Shown: positions 20,576-31,283, counted from the first letter of the stretch. The stretch: DNA of 64,000 nt from an uncultured Gammaproteobacteria bacterium (GCA_964408775.1 CAYPAP010000001.1:21404-85403), one strand, 5' to 3'. Translations and numbers: made by a program. Notes: a model not told the origin generated them from the letters alone.

Positions 20576-22330
20576 TTACAAAGATTTACTGGAAACCTCA
20601 TTCAACAATGACTTAAAAAATTTATCTTTTTTAATTTCTTCTATTTTTTGTTCGCCTCTCTTTCTAACAGCCAAAACTTTGCCCTTAGACTCTTTATCTC
20701 CAACAACGATGATATAAGGTGATTTTTCGGCCACTGCTTTTCTAATTTTATTAGCCACTGTCTCATTGTCAATATCTAATTCTGGGCGTAGATCTAAATC
20801 TAAAAATTCTTGTTTTAATTTTTGACAATATTCAATATGCTTTTCACCGACGGAAATAATTTTTACTTGGACTGGAGATAACCACAACGGGAAGGCCCCG
20901 CCATAGTGCTCAATAATAAGAGCTAAGAAGCGCTCATAAGAACCAAGAATCGCACGGTGTATCATTACTGGATTTTTTTCGCTACCATCTTTGTCGGTAT
21001 AAACCAAGTTAAACCTCTTAGGGGTGGCAAAGTCAAGTTGCACGGTTGGGATTTGAATTTCTTTACCTAGGGAGTCACGGAACATAAAGTCTAGCTTAGG
21101 ACCATACAAGGCAGCCTCTCCCTCTATCCTCTTGGCATCAAGACCCATCTCATTAGAGACATCTTCTAATATAGACTCACAAACATCCCAGTCCTTTGGA
21201 TCACCAATATATTTTTCCGGATTATCATAGTCTCTAACAGACAAAGACACCCAATGTTTACCCCAAAGACCAAGAGCACTATAAAAATCCTTGATAATAT
21301 TAACTAGGCTTTTAATTTCATCTTTTGTTTGCTCAAGACTACAAAAAGTATGCCCATCTTCGACAGTAATAGCATAAACCCTGGACAAACCCCCGACCTC
21401 CCCACTCTTTTCAGCTCGATACTGTTTCTCGGACTCCATATATTTAATTGGTAAATCACGATAAGACCGAGCCTTGGAGGAATAAATCTGAGTTTGGTGA
21501 GGACATTGAACCGGCTTAATGACAAAATCATGCCCCTTGTCAGAGGAAACATGAAAAAGCTCTTCACTAAATTTTTTAGCATGACCAGACACTTCATAGA
21601 GAGAAATTTTTGCCAAATGAGGAGTCATAACCTTTTCAAAACCATAACGACGACAAACTTTCTCTATATGATTTCTCAGAGCATCAATAATTATCATCCC
21701 CTTGGGAGTAAATAAAGGAAGTCCTGGTCCAACTAAATCAGAAAAACAAAACAAATCCAATTCTTTTCCTAGCTTGCGATGATCTCTCTTCTTAGCTTCT
21801 TCCACTTTTTCTAAGTAATCTTTTAGTTCTTCCGCACTATCAAAGGATAATCCGTAAATACGAGTTAACATTTTGTTTTTTTCATCTCCTCGCCAATAAG
21901 CACCAGCCACCTTATCCAATTTAAAAGAACCGACTTTAATTTTTCCGCTGGACTCCAAGTGAGGTCCTCGACAAAGATCGGAAAACTCACCCAGCTCATA
22001 AAAACTAACCTGAGACTCACCTTCTTTTTTTAAATCTTCCAGTATTTCTAATTTATAAACATCATTAATATCTCGAGCTTCTTTAATGGCCTCGTCAATA
22101 TTTTTTTCTGATTTATTAAACTTCAAATTTTGCTTAATAATATGTTTCATTTTTTTCTCAATTTCAACCAGGTCAGTATCACTAATTTTCTTATCACCGA
22201 AATCAATATCATAATAAAAGCCATTATCAACATCAGGGCCAATAGCGAATTTTACCTCCGGATAAGTTCGAAGCACTGCCAAAGCCAAAACATGAGCCAG
22301 GGAGTGTCGCATTATTTCTAAATTTTCCAT
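20576..22330 (-). CDS. thrS: threonine--tRNA ligase
   Basis: RHSLAH, DLCRGPH, RDHRKLGKELDLF, YGPKLD, MIHRAILGSYERF. Confidence 0.98.
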   Translation of the reverse strand: MENLEIMRHSLAHVLALAVLRTYPEVKFAIGPDVDNGFYYDIDFGDKKISDTDLVEIEKKMKHIIKQNLKFNKSEKNIDEAIKEARDINDVYKLEILEDLKKEGESQVSFYELGEFSDLCRGPHLESSGKIKVGSFKLDKVAGAYWRGDEKNKMLTRIYGLSFDSAEELKDYLEKVEEAKKRDHRKLGKELDLFCFSDLVGPGLPLFTPKGMIIIDALRNHIEKVCRRYGFEKVMTPHLAKISLYEVSGHAKKFSEELFHVSSDKGHDFVIKPVQCPHQTQIYSSKARSYRDLPIKYMESEKQYRAEKSGEVGGLSRVYAITVEDGHTFCSLEQTKDEIKSLVNIIKDFYSALGLWGKHWVSLSVRDYDNPEKYIGDPKDWDVCESILEDVSNEMGLDAKRIEGEAALYGPKLDFMFRDSLGKEIQIPTVQLDFATPKRFNLVYTDKDGSEKNPVMIHRAILGSYERFLALIIEHYGGAFPLWLSPVQVKIISVGEKHIEYCQKLKQEFLDLDLRPELDIDNETVANKIRKAVAEKSPYIIVVGDKESKGKVLAVRKRGEQKIEEIKKDKFFKSLLNEVSSKSL

Positions 22331-22343
22331 ATTTTCGTTTTAT

Positions 22344-23354
22344 TTAAAAATTTAAATTTTGTCGGTTAGCCTTTAAGTCTAAGATGGTCTTCTTTAGACC
22401 GTTTTCCAACGTAACAACCGGCATCCAACCCAATTCATTTCTAATTTTATAAGTATCAGGGATGTTTAATTGAGTCATAAAAACCTTACTATCATCAAAA
22501 ACTATCTTTGATTTAGAGTCTGTCAACTTAATAACCTTTTGTGCTACATCATATAATTTAACGTCTTCTTCGGACCCGACATTAAAGGGCCCCTTTACAT
22601 CAGAGGAGATCACTTTAATAGCAGCGTCGATAATATCATCAACATAACATAGAGAAGATGAGAACTCTTTATCACCATAGATAATAAGGTCATCACCATT
22701 TAAAGCATCACTAATAAAATCTGACAACATTTGCTCATCGCCCAATGTCATTCTAGGGCCATAAACTCGAAACGTCCTAATAATTTTGGCATCTAAATTA
22801 AATATCTGATTGTAAGTATTAATAAAAACCTCAGCAAAACGTTTACCCTCATCATAGCAGGATCTTTCACTGGAAATATCAATTTGGCCCAAATTGTCCT
22901 CACGAACTTTAATAATCTTGTCAGAAGTGGGTCTAGCACCATAAACAACCGAAGAAGAAAAGTGTAATAATTTAGAGCTATATTTTAAGGTAATATCTAA
23001 AACATTTTTTACAACATAAGAATTAGCTAGAAGAATACTCTCCCTATTTTTCAAAAAATTTTTAGATGACATTGGACAAGCTAAATTATAAACCTCCTGA
23101 ATTCCTTGAAAAGGAATTTTAAACTTGTCCAACTCGTCTAATGACTCTAAATCAAGCGGTTGACTCATATCATGATTTATTAAAACAAAATTAGGGTCAG
23201 ACAATAAATGATCGATGTTTTTAGGAGTGCTACTAGAAAAATTATCAACACAAATAACTTTACTTTCTTTTATAAGCTCATCGCATAGATTAGAGCCAAT
23301 AAACCCAGCCCCTCCAATAACTAAAATGTTTTTTTTATCAAAAATTACAGACAT
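22344..23354 (-). CDS. NAD-dependent epimerase/dehydratase (UDP-glucuronate decarboxylase-like)
   Basis: GGAGFIGS, NLACP, YDEGK (YxxxK), YGPRM. Confidence 0.88.
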   Translation of the reverse strand: MSVIFDKKNILVIGGAGFIGSNLCDELIKESKVICVDNFSSSTPKNIDHLLSDPNFVLINHDMSQPLDLESLDELDKFKIPFQGIQEVYNLACPMSSKNFLKNRESILLANSYVVKNVLDITLKYSSKLLHFSSSVVYGARPTSDKIIKVREDNLGQIDISSERSCYDEGKRFAEVFINTYNQIFNLDAKIIRTFRVYGPRMTLGDEQMLSDFISDALNGDDLIIYGDKEFSSSLCYVDDIIDAAIKVISSDVKGPFNVGSEEDVKLYDVAQKVIKLTDSKSKIVFDDSKVFMTQLNIPDTYKIRNELGWMPVVTLENGLKKTILDLKANRQNLNF

Positions 23355-23378
23355 ATTATTAACAAGATCTTTAAGATG

Positions 23379-23528
23379 TTTACCCGCTCGGATAGCTTCG
23401 CTATCGAACGGGTCCGCTCAATTGCTCGAAGAGCAATCTGAGCGGAGGATCTTTACCCGCTCGGATAGCTTCGCTATCGAACGGGTCCGCTCAATTGCTC
23501 GAAGAGCAATCTGAGCGGAGGATCTTTA
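23379..23528. repeat. two identical tandem 73-bp double-hairpin units
   Basis: unit TTTACCCGCTCGGATAGCTTCGCTATCGAACGGGTCCGCTCAATTGCTCGAAGAGCAATCTGAGCGGAGGATC begins at 23379 and 23452. Confidence 0.95.
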
Positions 23529-23625
23529 GGATATTATTAATTAATTAAATTATTATTTCTAGCTATATAATAGCATAAAAGGGTGGTTTTTCCAAAATAC
23601 TCACTTAAAATATACCTGAGCTGGA

Positions 23626-25689
23626 TTAATTTCCTATTTCAACAAATTCTACTACTACTCCCCCTTTGTATTCATCTTCTAGCCCATAAAATGAAGCCAT
23701 CAATTCGCCCTTACTATTGAAAGCTCTAACATGGGGGGTCCCCCCTGGTCCAGCACCAGCTATTATTTCATCTAATCCGTCCTTGTCTAAGTCACCCAAA
23801 GCCAAATTAACCCCTCCTTTAAATTTTTCTGCATAGGCTAAGAAGCTTTTAATTTTTTCACCGGAATTATTAAAAACCACAATTTCTGGTTTACGACCTG
23901 GTCCTGGAGAAATAACTATATCAGTTTTTCCTCTGCTATCCTTACCATAGACATTCCCCAGTCGAATTCTAGCTCCACCGAAAAAATCTTCTTCATAAGC
24001 AAAAAAATGACTTGTGAGCTTCCCTTGACCATTAAAAATTTTAACATGAGATCCCCCTTTAGAAAATGGGACCACCGCAATTTCGCTTTTTCCATCTCCA
24101 TCAATATCACCCACTGAAATACTAACTCCTCCGGTAAAATTTTCGTTATAAGCAAAAAATTGACCTTTTAATTTTCCTTGTTGATCAAAAATTCTAATAT
24201 GTGGTCCTCCTCCTGGTCCCGCAGCGGTAACAATCTCGTTTTTACCATCACCATCAACATCTCCCACTGCTACATTAACCCCGCCCCTAAATTTGGGATC
24301 ATAGGCGAAAAATTGTCCCTTAATATTACCAGAATTATCAAAAATTCTAACATGTGGACCACCTCCTAATCCCGCCCCGGTTATTATTTCTGAGGTGCCA
24401 TCTTTATCCAGGTCTGCTACAACCATATTTATGCTACCATTAAACTTTGGATCATAAGCAAAAAAACGACTTTCCTCTTCACCCTTACTGCTAGTGACTC
24501 TGACTGAGTTAAACATCTCCAACTCGTCTTTAAAATCTATAATATCAACCTGAGGAAAAAGCAAGAATCGCCCGGTAAGATTTTCCCATTTTTCCAAAGC
24601 CCAATTAACAGAGCTGGCTAAATTAACCCTTCCACTGCCAAGCTCATTAAGGTTTTCTGGATTTAAGGAATTAATATCATCTGAACTCCTAATTAATATA
24701 TCCAAAACCTGCTTATTGCTTAATTTCGGATTAGCCTCTTTAATAAGAGCCAATGATCCGCTAACAACTGCTGCGGACATGGAGGTACCAGACCAATAAC
24801 CATTGTAATAACTATTTTTTTTATCTTCGGTATCATAAAAAGATGACGAAAAAAAACTTATTCCTGGAGCGGAAATATCTACACAGTTTTTACCATAGGA
24901 AGAAAAAAACGCCTTCTGATCTAAAGTATCAGTTGCTCCAACAGAAATAATAATATTATTGTTATTAGATCCACCGAAACAAGCTGGATAAAGAGGTTCT
25001 TGATCTAAGTCAGAATTATTATTACCAGCAGCTGCAACAACAAGAATACCAGCTCGATAAGCCCTTTCAACAGCCTCTTCAAACCCCTGATTATATCCTA
25101 GCCCCGAAAAACTAAGGTTGATTATATCAGCTCCATTGTTAATAGCATAATCTATAGCCCTGACCACATCATTAATTTTGCCCTCACCACCTTCGTCTAG
25201 AGCTTTAAGCGGCATTATCTTCACATTAGAGGCAATACCACTTATTCCTATAGAATTATTAGTCTTGGCCCCAATAATTCCAGCTATCATAGTCCCGTGG
25301 TTCAAACCATCGTCGCTCCCTCCAAGGTCAAGTCTAGGGCGAGGATCTGGAACATTGTTAACAAAATCCCACCCATTTACATCGTCGATAAATCCGTTGC
25401 CATCATCGTCTTTGCCATTTTCAAAAATCTCAAATTTATTGCGCCAAATATTATCTCTTAAATCGGGATGGTCAATATAAATTCCAGAATCAATCACAGC
25501 CACAATAACATTTTTACCAATAAAATTTTTATTCCATATAGAGCTAAATCCAATACGGCTTAAATACCACTGATTATTAAAATAAGGATCGTTCGGTAAT
25601 TGCCCAAAATAAGCCCGAGAAGGAGGGATTAAAAAAGCAAAACTCACCAATAAAAAAAATGCTAAAATTATAATTACTCTTATTTTCAT
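23626..25689 (-). CDS. secreted S8 (subtilisin-like) peptidase with FG-GAP-like repeats
   Basis: signal peptide from MKIRV (25689); VIDSG, HGT and GTSM triad; repeated GDxDGDGxxEI..G.G.GGGPHVRIF units. Confidence 0.93.
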   Translation of the reverse strand: MKIRVIIILAFFLLVSFAFLIPPSRAYFGQLPNDPYFNNQWYLSRIGFSSIWNKNFIGKNVIVAVIDSGIYIDHPDLRDNIWRNKFEIFENGKDDDGNGFIDDVNGWDFVNNVPDPRPRLDLGGSDDGLNHGTMIAGIIGAKTNNSIGISGIASNVKIMPLKALDEGGEGKINDVVRAIDYAINNGADIINLSFSGLGYNQGFEEAVERAYRAGILVVAAAGNNNSDLDQEPLYPACFGGSNNNNIIISVGATDTLDQKAFFSSYGKNCVDISAPGISFFSSSFYDTEDKKNSYYNGYWSGTSMSAAVVSGSLALIKEANPKLSNKQVLDILIRSSDDINSLNPENLNELGSGRVNLASSVNWALEKWENLTGRFLLFPQVDIIDFKDELEMFNSVRVTSSKGEEESRFFAYDPKFNGSINMVVADLDKDGTSEIITGAGLGGGPHVRIFDNSGNIKGQFFAYDPKFRGGVNVAVGDVDGDGKNEIVTAAGPGGGPHIRIFDQQGKLKGQFFAYNENFTGGVSISVGDIDGDGKSEIAVVPFSKGGSHVKIFNGQGKLTSHFFAYEEDFFGGARIRLGNVYGKDSRGKTDIVISPGPGRKPEIVVFNNSGEKIKSFLAYAEKFKGGVNLALGDLDKDGLDEIIAGAGPGGTPHVRAFNSKGELMASFYGLEDEYKGGVVVEFVEIGN

Positions 25690-25735
25690 ATTAGTAAATT
25701 TTAGCATATTTTTTAGAAAAACAAAAATTGTAAAA

Positions 25736-26389
25736 CTAGCTTTTATTCTCTCCTGTTTTGTCACTTTTTGATTTGTCATCCTTGGCTTCGCTAGCTTCGT
25801 CACCGCTAGTTGCCTCTGGAACATCGGTTTTAGGAAGCTCTTCTTTTTCTTTTTTAGGCTCAACCACAGAAACAACAGCATCATCCGGATTATTTAAAAC
25901 TTTTAGATCGCTACTAACTTTAATATCTTTCACTAAAATAATATCACCGAAGGAAAGAAGAGATGAAATGTCCACATCAATATGGTCTACCAAGTCTTTT
26001 GGCAAGCACTCAACCTCTATAGAATCAATATTTTTCATTAATAAAGCACCTAGCTCCTTCACTGCCCGAGATTCGCCAACAAAGCTTAGTGGAATTTCAG
26101 CGGTTACCTTTTTACTCATATCAACCTGGTAAAAATCAACATGACTAAAAAAATCTTTGATCGGGTCTCTCTGAAAATCCTTAATTAGAACTGGAATCTT
26201 GCCAGATCCATCAATCTCTAATTCTATTAAATTAGATTCACCAGCCTCATCATAAACCTTGGTAAAATCATTGGTTTTAATCTTTATTAAAACATTTTCC
26301 GACCCTGGACCATAGATTATTCCAGGAAAAAAATCTTTGTTTAATTTTTCTTTTTTACTTCTAATTTCAGCTTTTAACTTAATGTTCAT
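25736..26389 (-). CDS. rplY: 50S ribosomal protein L25/Ctc
   Basis: PGIIYG, QRDPIK...HVDFY, beta domain and charged tail. Confidence 0.93.
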   Translation of the reverse strand: MNIKLKAEIRSKKEKLNKDFFPGIIYGPGSENVLIKIKTNDFTKVYDEAGESNLIELEIDGSGKIPVLIKDFQRDPIKDFFSHVDFYQVDMSKKVTAEIPLSFVGESRAVKELGALLMKNIDSIEVECLPKDLVDHIDVDISSLLSFGDIILVKDIKVSSDLKVLNNPDDAVVSVVEPKKEKEELPKTDVPEATSGDEASEAKDDKSKSDKTGENKS

Positions 26390-26434
26390 AATTTTAAAAT
26401 TAACTTAATAATATTTATAAAAATAATTAATAAA

Positions 26435-27535
26435 TTAGCTTTTTGCTTTAATTATAATATTTTGGATAATTCCTATTAGAATAAAATTAGCAATGGTAGC
26501 ACTACCGCCATAACTAATAAAGGGCAAGGATATGCCCATAACCGGAACCAGTCCGATGTTCATACCAATATTAATAAACATTTCAATAAAAATCAAGACC
26601 ACAGCTCCTAATATCACAAAAACAGCGAAATCATTGTTTATTTTACGACTAACAACTAGTAAGCGCCAAAAGAGAACAAAAAACAAAAATAGAACCAAGG
26701 TCGCCCCCAAAAAACCTAATTCCTCGGCAATAACTGAAAAAATAAAGTCGTTTTGCGCCTCAGGTAAGAATTTTAATTGTGACTGTGAGCCAAATCCGAC
26801 TCCACGCCCTGTTAGTCCGCCCGAACCAACGGCAATCAAAGCCTGAGAAACATTATAGCCCTCGCTCAAGGAACTGGCCCCAGGATTTAATAAGGTTAGT
26901 ATTCTCCCCTTCTGGTATTCCTTAAAATAAAAATTCCAGAGAAAAAAGGATATTAAAATAAATGGGATTATTATCATTAAAAGATATTTCTTTTTAAAAC
27001 CGTTTAAAATCAAGAAGCAGAACCACAAACCCATTATTATTACCACTGGACCAAAATCGGGTTGAAGTATTATTAAAAAAACAAAAACAGCTATACCCAA
27101 TAAAGATAGGAGCAATGATTTTAATGGCCTCATCTTAAAAGCCGTATTAGAAAAAAATTTGGCTAAAAATATTATTGCTATAACCTTAACAAACTCTACT
27201 GGCTGAAGACTAAAACCGAAAATCTCGAACCAACCGGTTGTGCCACGGACTGTTTTACCAAATATTAAAACTAATATTAAAATAAAAACACCAAACCCGT
27301 AAATGTAATTGCTAAAACTTCTAATAAAACTAAAATCCACAAAAGAAAAAACAAAAAGAGCTATTATTCCCAAAATTATAGCGATTGTTTGTTTTTCTAG
27401 GTTTAATAAGCTTAAATTTTCTTGCCCTAGGGCAATACTATAGATTTCAATTAATCCAAAAAGTGATAATAACAATACTACTGAAAAAATAATCCAATCA
27501 AAACTTAAAAAATGATGTTTTAATCTGTTCAACAT
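26435..27535 (-). CDS. rodA: SEDS peptidoglycan polymerase RodA/FtsW
   Basis: QPVEFVK, QPDFG, LPEAQNDFIF, LPFISYGGS. Confidence 0.9.
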   Translation of the reverse strand: MLNRLKHHFLSFDWIIFSVVLLLSLFGLIEIYSIALGQENLSLLNLEKQTIAIILGIIALFVFSFVDFSFIRSFSNYIYGFGVFILILVLIFGKTVRGTTGWFEIFGFSLQPVEFVKVIAIIFLAKFFSNTAFKMRPLKSLLLSLLGIAVFVFLIILQPDFGPVVIIMGLWFCFLILNGFKKKYLLMIIIPFILISFFLWNFYFKEYQKGRILTLLNPGASSLSEGYNVSQALIAVGSGGLTGRGVGFGSQSQLKFLPEAQNDFIFSVIAEELGFLGATLVLFLFFVLFWRLLVVSRKINNDFAVFVILGAVVLIFIEMFINIGMNIGLVPVMGISLPFISYGGSATIANFILIGIIQNIIIKAKS

Positions 27536-27550
27536 TTTTATCTAATAAAT

Positions 27551-28312
27551 TTAATGAATATGTAAAAGCAAATTTGTTGCCACCATCACCCCAAGACCAA
27601 GAAATATTCCTAGTAATTGCTTGAGGCTCTTGCTAATTTTAATTTCCTTTTTAAGCTCGGGAATCAAATCAGATGAAGCAATATAAATAAAGCCACCAGC
27701 AGTTATAGGGATAATGAATTCTATAAAGCCATCTAAATAAGTGCCCAATAGAATAACAATAAGGGCGCCCAAAATGGAGAAAGAAGCCGAAATAAAATTA
27801 TAAAAAAGGGCTTTTTTAACGGAATAACCAGCATGAATTAATACTCCAAAATCCCCTATTTCTTGAGGGACCTCGTGACTAATAACAGCAACGGTTGTTA
27901 AGACCCCTAAGCGAACATCCACTAAAAAAGCACCGGCGATTATCATACCATCTATTAAATTATGCAGACCGTCGCCTATTAAATTCATGGGACCAACCGG
28001 ATGAGGATGATCGTCGCAGGTTGGCTCATGGCAATGGCGCCAATGAATTATTTTTTCTAATATAAAAAATAAAATAATTCCCCCTAAAATTCCAAACCAC
28101 ACAGTGCTATCATGATGGTCAGACATTTCCACTGCTTCAGGAATAAGATGCAAAAAAGCACTCCCTAATAATGCCCCGGCTGACAAGCTGACTAAAAACA
28201 TTATTATTTTCTTAAGTCTTTTGATTGAAAAACTTAAAAAGAAAATCCCGATCAAGGAAACTAACGAGGTTATAACTGAAGCCCCTAAAATATAAAGATA
28301 AATCTGATTCAT
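27551..28312 (-). CDS. ZIP family metal transporter
   Basis: HLIPEA, His-rich loop, GDGLHNLIDG, HEVPQEIGDF. Confidence 0.93.
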   Translation of the reverse strand: MNQIYLYILGASVITSLVSLIGIFFLSFSIKRLKKIIMFLVSLSAGALLGSAFLHLIPEAVEMSDHHDSTVWFGILGGIILFFILEKIIHWRHCHEPTCDDHPHPVGPMNLIGDGLHNLIDGMIIAGAFLVDVRLGVLTTVAVISHEVPQEIGDFGVLIHAGYSVKKALFYNFISASFSILGALIVILLGTYLDGFIEFIIPITAGGFIYIASSDLIPELKKEIKISKSLKQLLGIFLGLGVMVATNLLLHIH

Positions 28313-28321
28313 ATTATTTTT

Positions 28322-28768
28322 TTATTTTTTAACCTTAGGGTTGATATCTTTTTTAGTCTTAGATTTTTTGGCCTTGGTTTTAGCAAATATTTCTGGATGA
28401 TTTTTATTATAAGAAGAGATAACCTCCCGTAATCCTTCCACCGCTAAAACCGAGCAATGAACTTTTTGTTGAGGCAAACCGTCTAACTTTCTAACAATTT
28501 CATTCCAATCAAACTTTTGAGCTTCCTCGAGGGACATTCCCTTGACCATCTCTGTCATAACAGAGGCAGTAGCAATATTAGAGGCGCAACCAAAGGAAAG
28601 GAATTTAATATCCTTAATTTTTCCGTCTTTAACCTTAATAGAGAAAGATAATTGATCCCCACAAACCATATTACCAACCTCAGCTGTAGCATCAGGATTC
28701 TTTATTTCCCCAATGTTTTTAGGGTGAAGAAAGTGCTTCATGGTCTTTTTACTATAATTTAATGCCAT
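28322..28768 (-). CDS. iscU: Fe-S cluster scaffold IscU/NifU
   Basis: HF.HPKN.G, GNMVCGD, FGCAS, KVHCS. Confidence 0.92.
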   Translation of the reverse strand: MALNYSKKTMKHFLHPKNIGEIKNPDATAEVGNMVCGDQLSFSIKVKDGKIKDIKFLSFGCASNIATASVMTEMVKGMSLEEAQKFDWNEIVRKLDGLPQQKVHCSVLAVEGLREVISSYNKNHPEIFAKTKAKKSKTKKDINPKVKK

Positions 28769-28850
28769 ATATTTAGAGCTAAATTAATTAATAAAAACAT
28801 AATTAATTAGCTAATTAATTTTAATGGTTATATTATACCTTCTTTTATGA

Positions 28851-28887
28851 AAAAAATAAACCCTAGGAATCCAGGGGTTTATTTTTT
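28851..28887 (-). terminator. intrinsic terminator
   Basis: AAAAAATAAACCC...GGGTTTATTTTTT. Confidence 0.75.
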
Positions 28888-28979
28888 AAGATAATAACTC
28901 AAGTATCAAGTAGTAATAATTTAAGAAACTAAAACAATATTAATTTAAAAAGAGAAAATTATATTTAAGAAATTCGCGT

Positions 28980-31076
28980 CTAACCCTCTAATTCTTCAGC
29001 CCTCTTTTGAATCAAGATTCTTAAATCATCTTTTCCGTTATTGTTTTTAATTATTTCCATTAATTCCTGTGCTGCTATTTTTGCCCAAACGACTTTTTTC
29101 TCATCGTGTCTATAATCTAGAGTTGTCTCCGGGTTGAAATTACTGACGCCGGCATCTCTTCGAACAGATCTGTCGTATTTTTGCCACATATAAAGCAACT
29201 CTCTAGCCATCTCTGTTTTTAGTTCTTCCTCAGTATTATACCTCTCTCGATTATCATTAAAATAATTAATCAGATCTCTATAATCTAGACCATGCTCAAT
29301 AGATATTTCGTCATCAATAAATCTACTAAGCTCTTCACTTATAAAGTGTTGCTTAATTTTCTCCTGATCCCTATACTCAACACTCTTATCGGCTTCCTTG
29401 TATAAATCATAATAATTAAATTCCCCTTCAGCAACGTCTTCTCTATTTAAATCTTTATCACTAAATATTTGTCGATGCCCAATATTTTGCTCATCCTCGT
29501 CTCCATCATCGTCGCCTCCCTCATTATCTTCATCATCATTTTCTTCTCCACCTTCATCTTCCTCTTCCCTTCTTCTCCACCATACAAAATTTGATGGTCT
29601 TTTTAATAATAAAAGAAGTAATAATAAAGGCAAAGGAAGAACTACTTGGGTTTTTTTACCTCCCTCAACTTCAATTTCAATATTTACTCCTCTCTTCGAT
29701 CCAACAATTTTATCCAGGGAATCTTTAACTGAAGATTCTAAATTATATTCACCAGAATTATATGCTGCAATTAAAGAAATGATCTTTTCCTCGTCGGAAC
29801 CACCACCAATTTCCAGACTATCAGCCAATTCTAACAACTCCTTCCATTCAGTATCAGAAAATTGAACTTCTTCGTAATTAATACTTTCTATAATTGAGGT
29901 GTCAATATTTCCCTCTTCCAATATTTCTCTTATTATATCCTCGGCCAATTCTCCTCTTTCTTTAGCTAGGCTAACATTTTCTTCCTCTACATTACCTGGC
30001 TTTACTGATTCAGGGTCATTTTTGCGTCCCTCTGGAGAGGAAAATCCCGTTATTTTGATTGCTTTCACTTCATTTTTGGAAAAAACATCTTTAAGCAAGT
30101 TATCTTTTTCTCCTCTAGTAGCCTCATAAACAGACTTTTTTTCACCAATTCTGACCAATTTATTAGCAAAAGCTGTTCTAATCTGATCCTTAAAATACTC
30201 CTCCATTTTGTCTTTGTCAGTTTCATTTGTTAGCTCTGATCCCTCAAATTTAGGAGCATAAGTATAGGGGACATTGATACTCTCACTTCCCTTTATTTCT
30301 CTATTAACCCCCAACTCTAAAGAGACAGGAGAAATTATCCCTCCCCAATTAAAAACAGTATCACTTTCTGAATTAACTTTATTAAAACGATGGTTTATAT
30401 CGAAAGAATAGGTTCTCTCTCCATATTCTGAGCTTGACTCCCTATCAATACCTCTAGTGTCCTCTAATTTATTTTTATCTTTTTCTAGATTAACATCAGA
30501 ACCCTCGTTACTAGTTAAAGAAGATGGTAATGATGTAAACATTAGAGCCAAAGCATAATATTTTATTGGCTTAATAGCAACAGAAAATTTATTTTTAAAA
30601 GATTCGTATTTTTCGTCAAAAAACTTTTTGAACGTAGAGGATTCATACTTATCAACCTCCTCTAAGACATTTTCTTCATTTAATGCAAAATTATCACTTT
30701 CAACTAGCTCTTTTTTAGATTCTTCACCATACTTATGAAAAATGGCTATTTTGCGACGTAACATTTCTATGTTCCTTAAGTGCATCTCCATAGTTTCCTG
30801 GTCAATATCTTCGCCCTTAGCAGACTCTTCTTTTAGAAAATTATACTCCTCTTCCAAATCTTTTTTGTGTAATTCAATCAAGTGCCCTGAAGGGTCTTTT
30901 TTGAATTCTTCATAATTATAGAAACTCTTTGTTCCTTCTTTCTCAGCTCCTCTTTGGGATTTAAGAAAATTTTCTCTCTTTAATAACTCAGAATCATACT
31001 TGTCTTTTTCGGTATCACTCTGTTTTTCTGGCTCTTTTTTTGAGCCTGGTTTAATAATTTTTTCAAAAAAATTCAT
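28980..31076 (-). CDS. hypothetical two-TM protein with OmpA-C-like motif and acidic tract
   Basis: 698-aa ORF; ITGFSSPEG...NVSLAKERG; LPLPLLLLLLL TM; poly-D/E tract. Confidence 0.7.
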   Translation of the reverse strand: MNFFEKIIKPGSKKEPEKQSDTEKDKYDSELLKRENFLKSQRGAEKEGTKSFYNYEEFKKDPSGHLIELHKKDLEEEYNFLKEESAKGEDIDQETMEMHLRNIEMLRRKIAIFHKYGEESKKELVESDNFALNEENVLEEVDKYESSTFKKFFDEKYESFKNKFSVAIKPIKYYALALMFTSLPSSLTSNEGSDVNLEKDKNKLEDTRGIDRESSSEYGERTYSFDINHRFNKVNSESDTVFNWGGIISPVSLELGVNREIKGSESINVPYTYAPKFEGSELTNETDKDKMEEYFKDQIRTAFANKLVRIGEKKSVYEATRGEKDNLLKDVFSKNEVKAIKITGFSSPEGRKNDPESVKPGNVEEENVSLAKERGELAEDIIREILEEGNIDTSIIESINYEEVQFSDTEWKELLELADSLEIGGGSDEEKIISLIAAYNSGEYNLESSVKDSLDKIVGSKRGVNIEIEVEGGKKTQVVLPLPLLLLLLLLKRPSNFVWWRRREEEDEGGEENDDEDNEGGDDDGDEDEQNIGHRQIFSDKDLNREDVAEGEFNYYDLYKEADKSVEYRDQEKIKQHFISEELSRFIDDEISIEHGLDYRDLINYFNDNRERYNTEEELKTEMARELLYMWQKYDRSVRRDAGVSNFNPETTLDYRHDEKKVVWAKIAAQELMEIIKNNNGKDDLRILIQKRAEELEG

Positions 31077-31283
31077 ATTTTTTTGTTTTAATATTAAAAA
31101 ACTAAAATAATATTAATTAGATTACTTAGTTTATATAAAAATACTAACATAAAAATAATTTTTTGTAAAGTAAAAGTCACCTTACTCACATTTCGGACAA
31201 AAAATGTTCTCTAAAATAGAAAAGGGTGGTAAAATTTAGTGCAACATCCCAAAGAAAAACTTCAGAGTTAATTTAGAATGGGC

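Noticed and set aside
23215-23514. 99-aa plus-strand ORF
   Set aside because: Antisense to the epimerase and runs through the tandem repeat; the repeated peptide is a by-product of the DNA repeat.
23379-23528. CRISPR array
   Set aside because: Units are 73 bp, identical and directly adjacent, with no unique spacers and no cas genes in the window.
23650-24480. DNA-level repeats inside the S8 peptidase
   Set aside because: Explained by the FG-GAP-like protein repeats.
25690-25884. N-terminal extension of the S8 peptidase ORF
   Set aside because: Overlaps rplY in another frame; the signal peptide begins at 25689.
28776-28822. AT-rich palindromes upstream of iscU as an operator
   Set aside because: Low-complexity TAATTAATTA runs are common in this genome; no specific regulator motif is recognisable.
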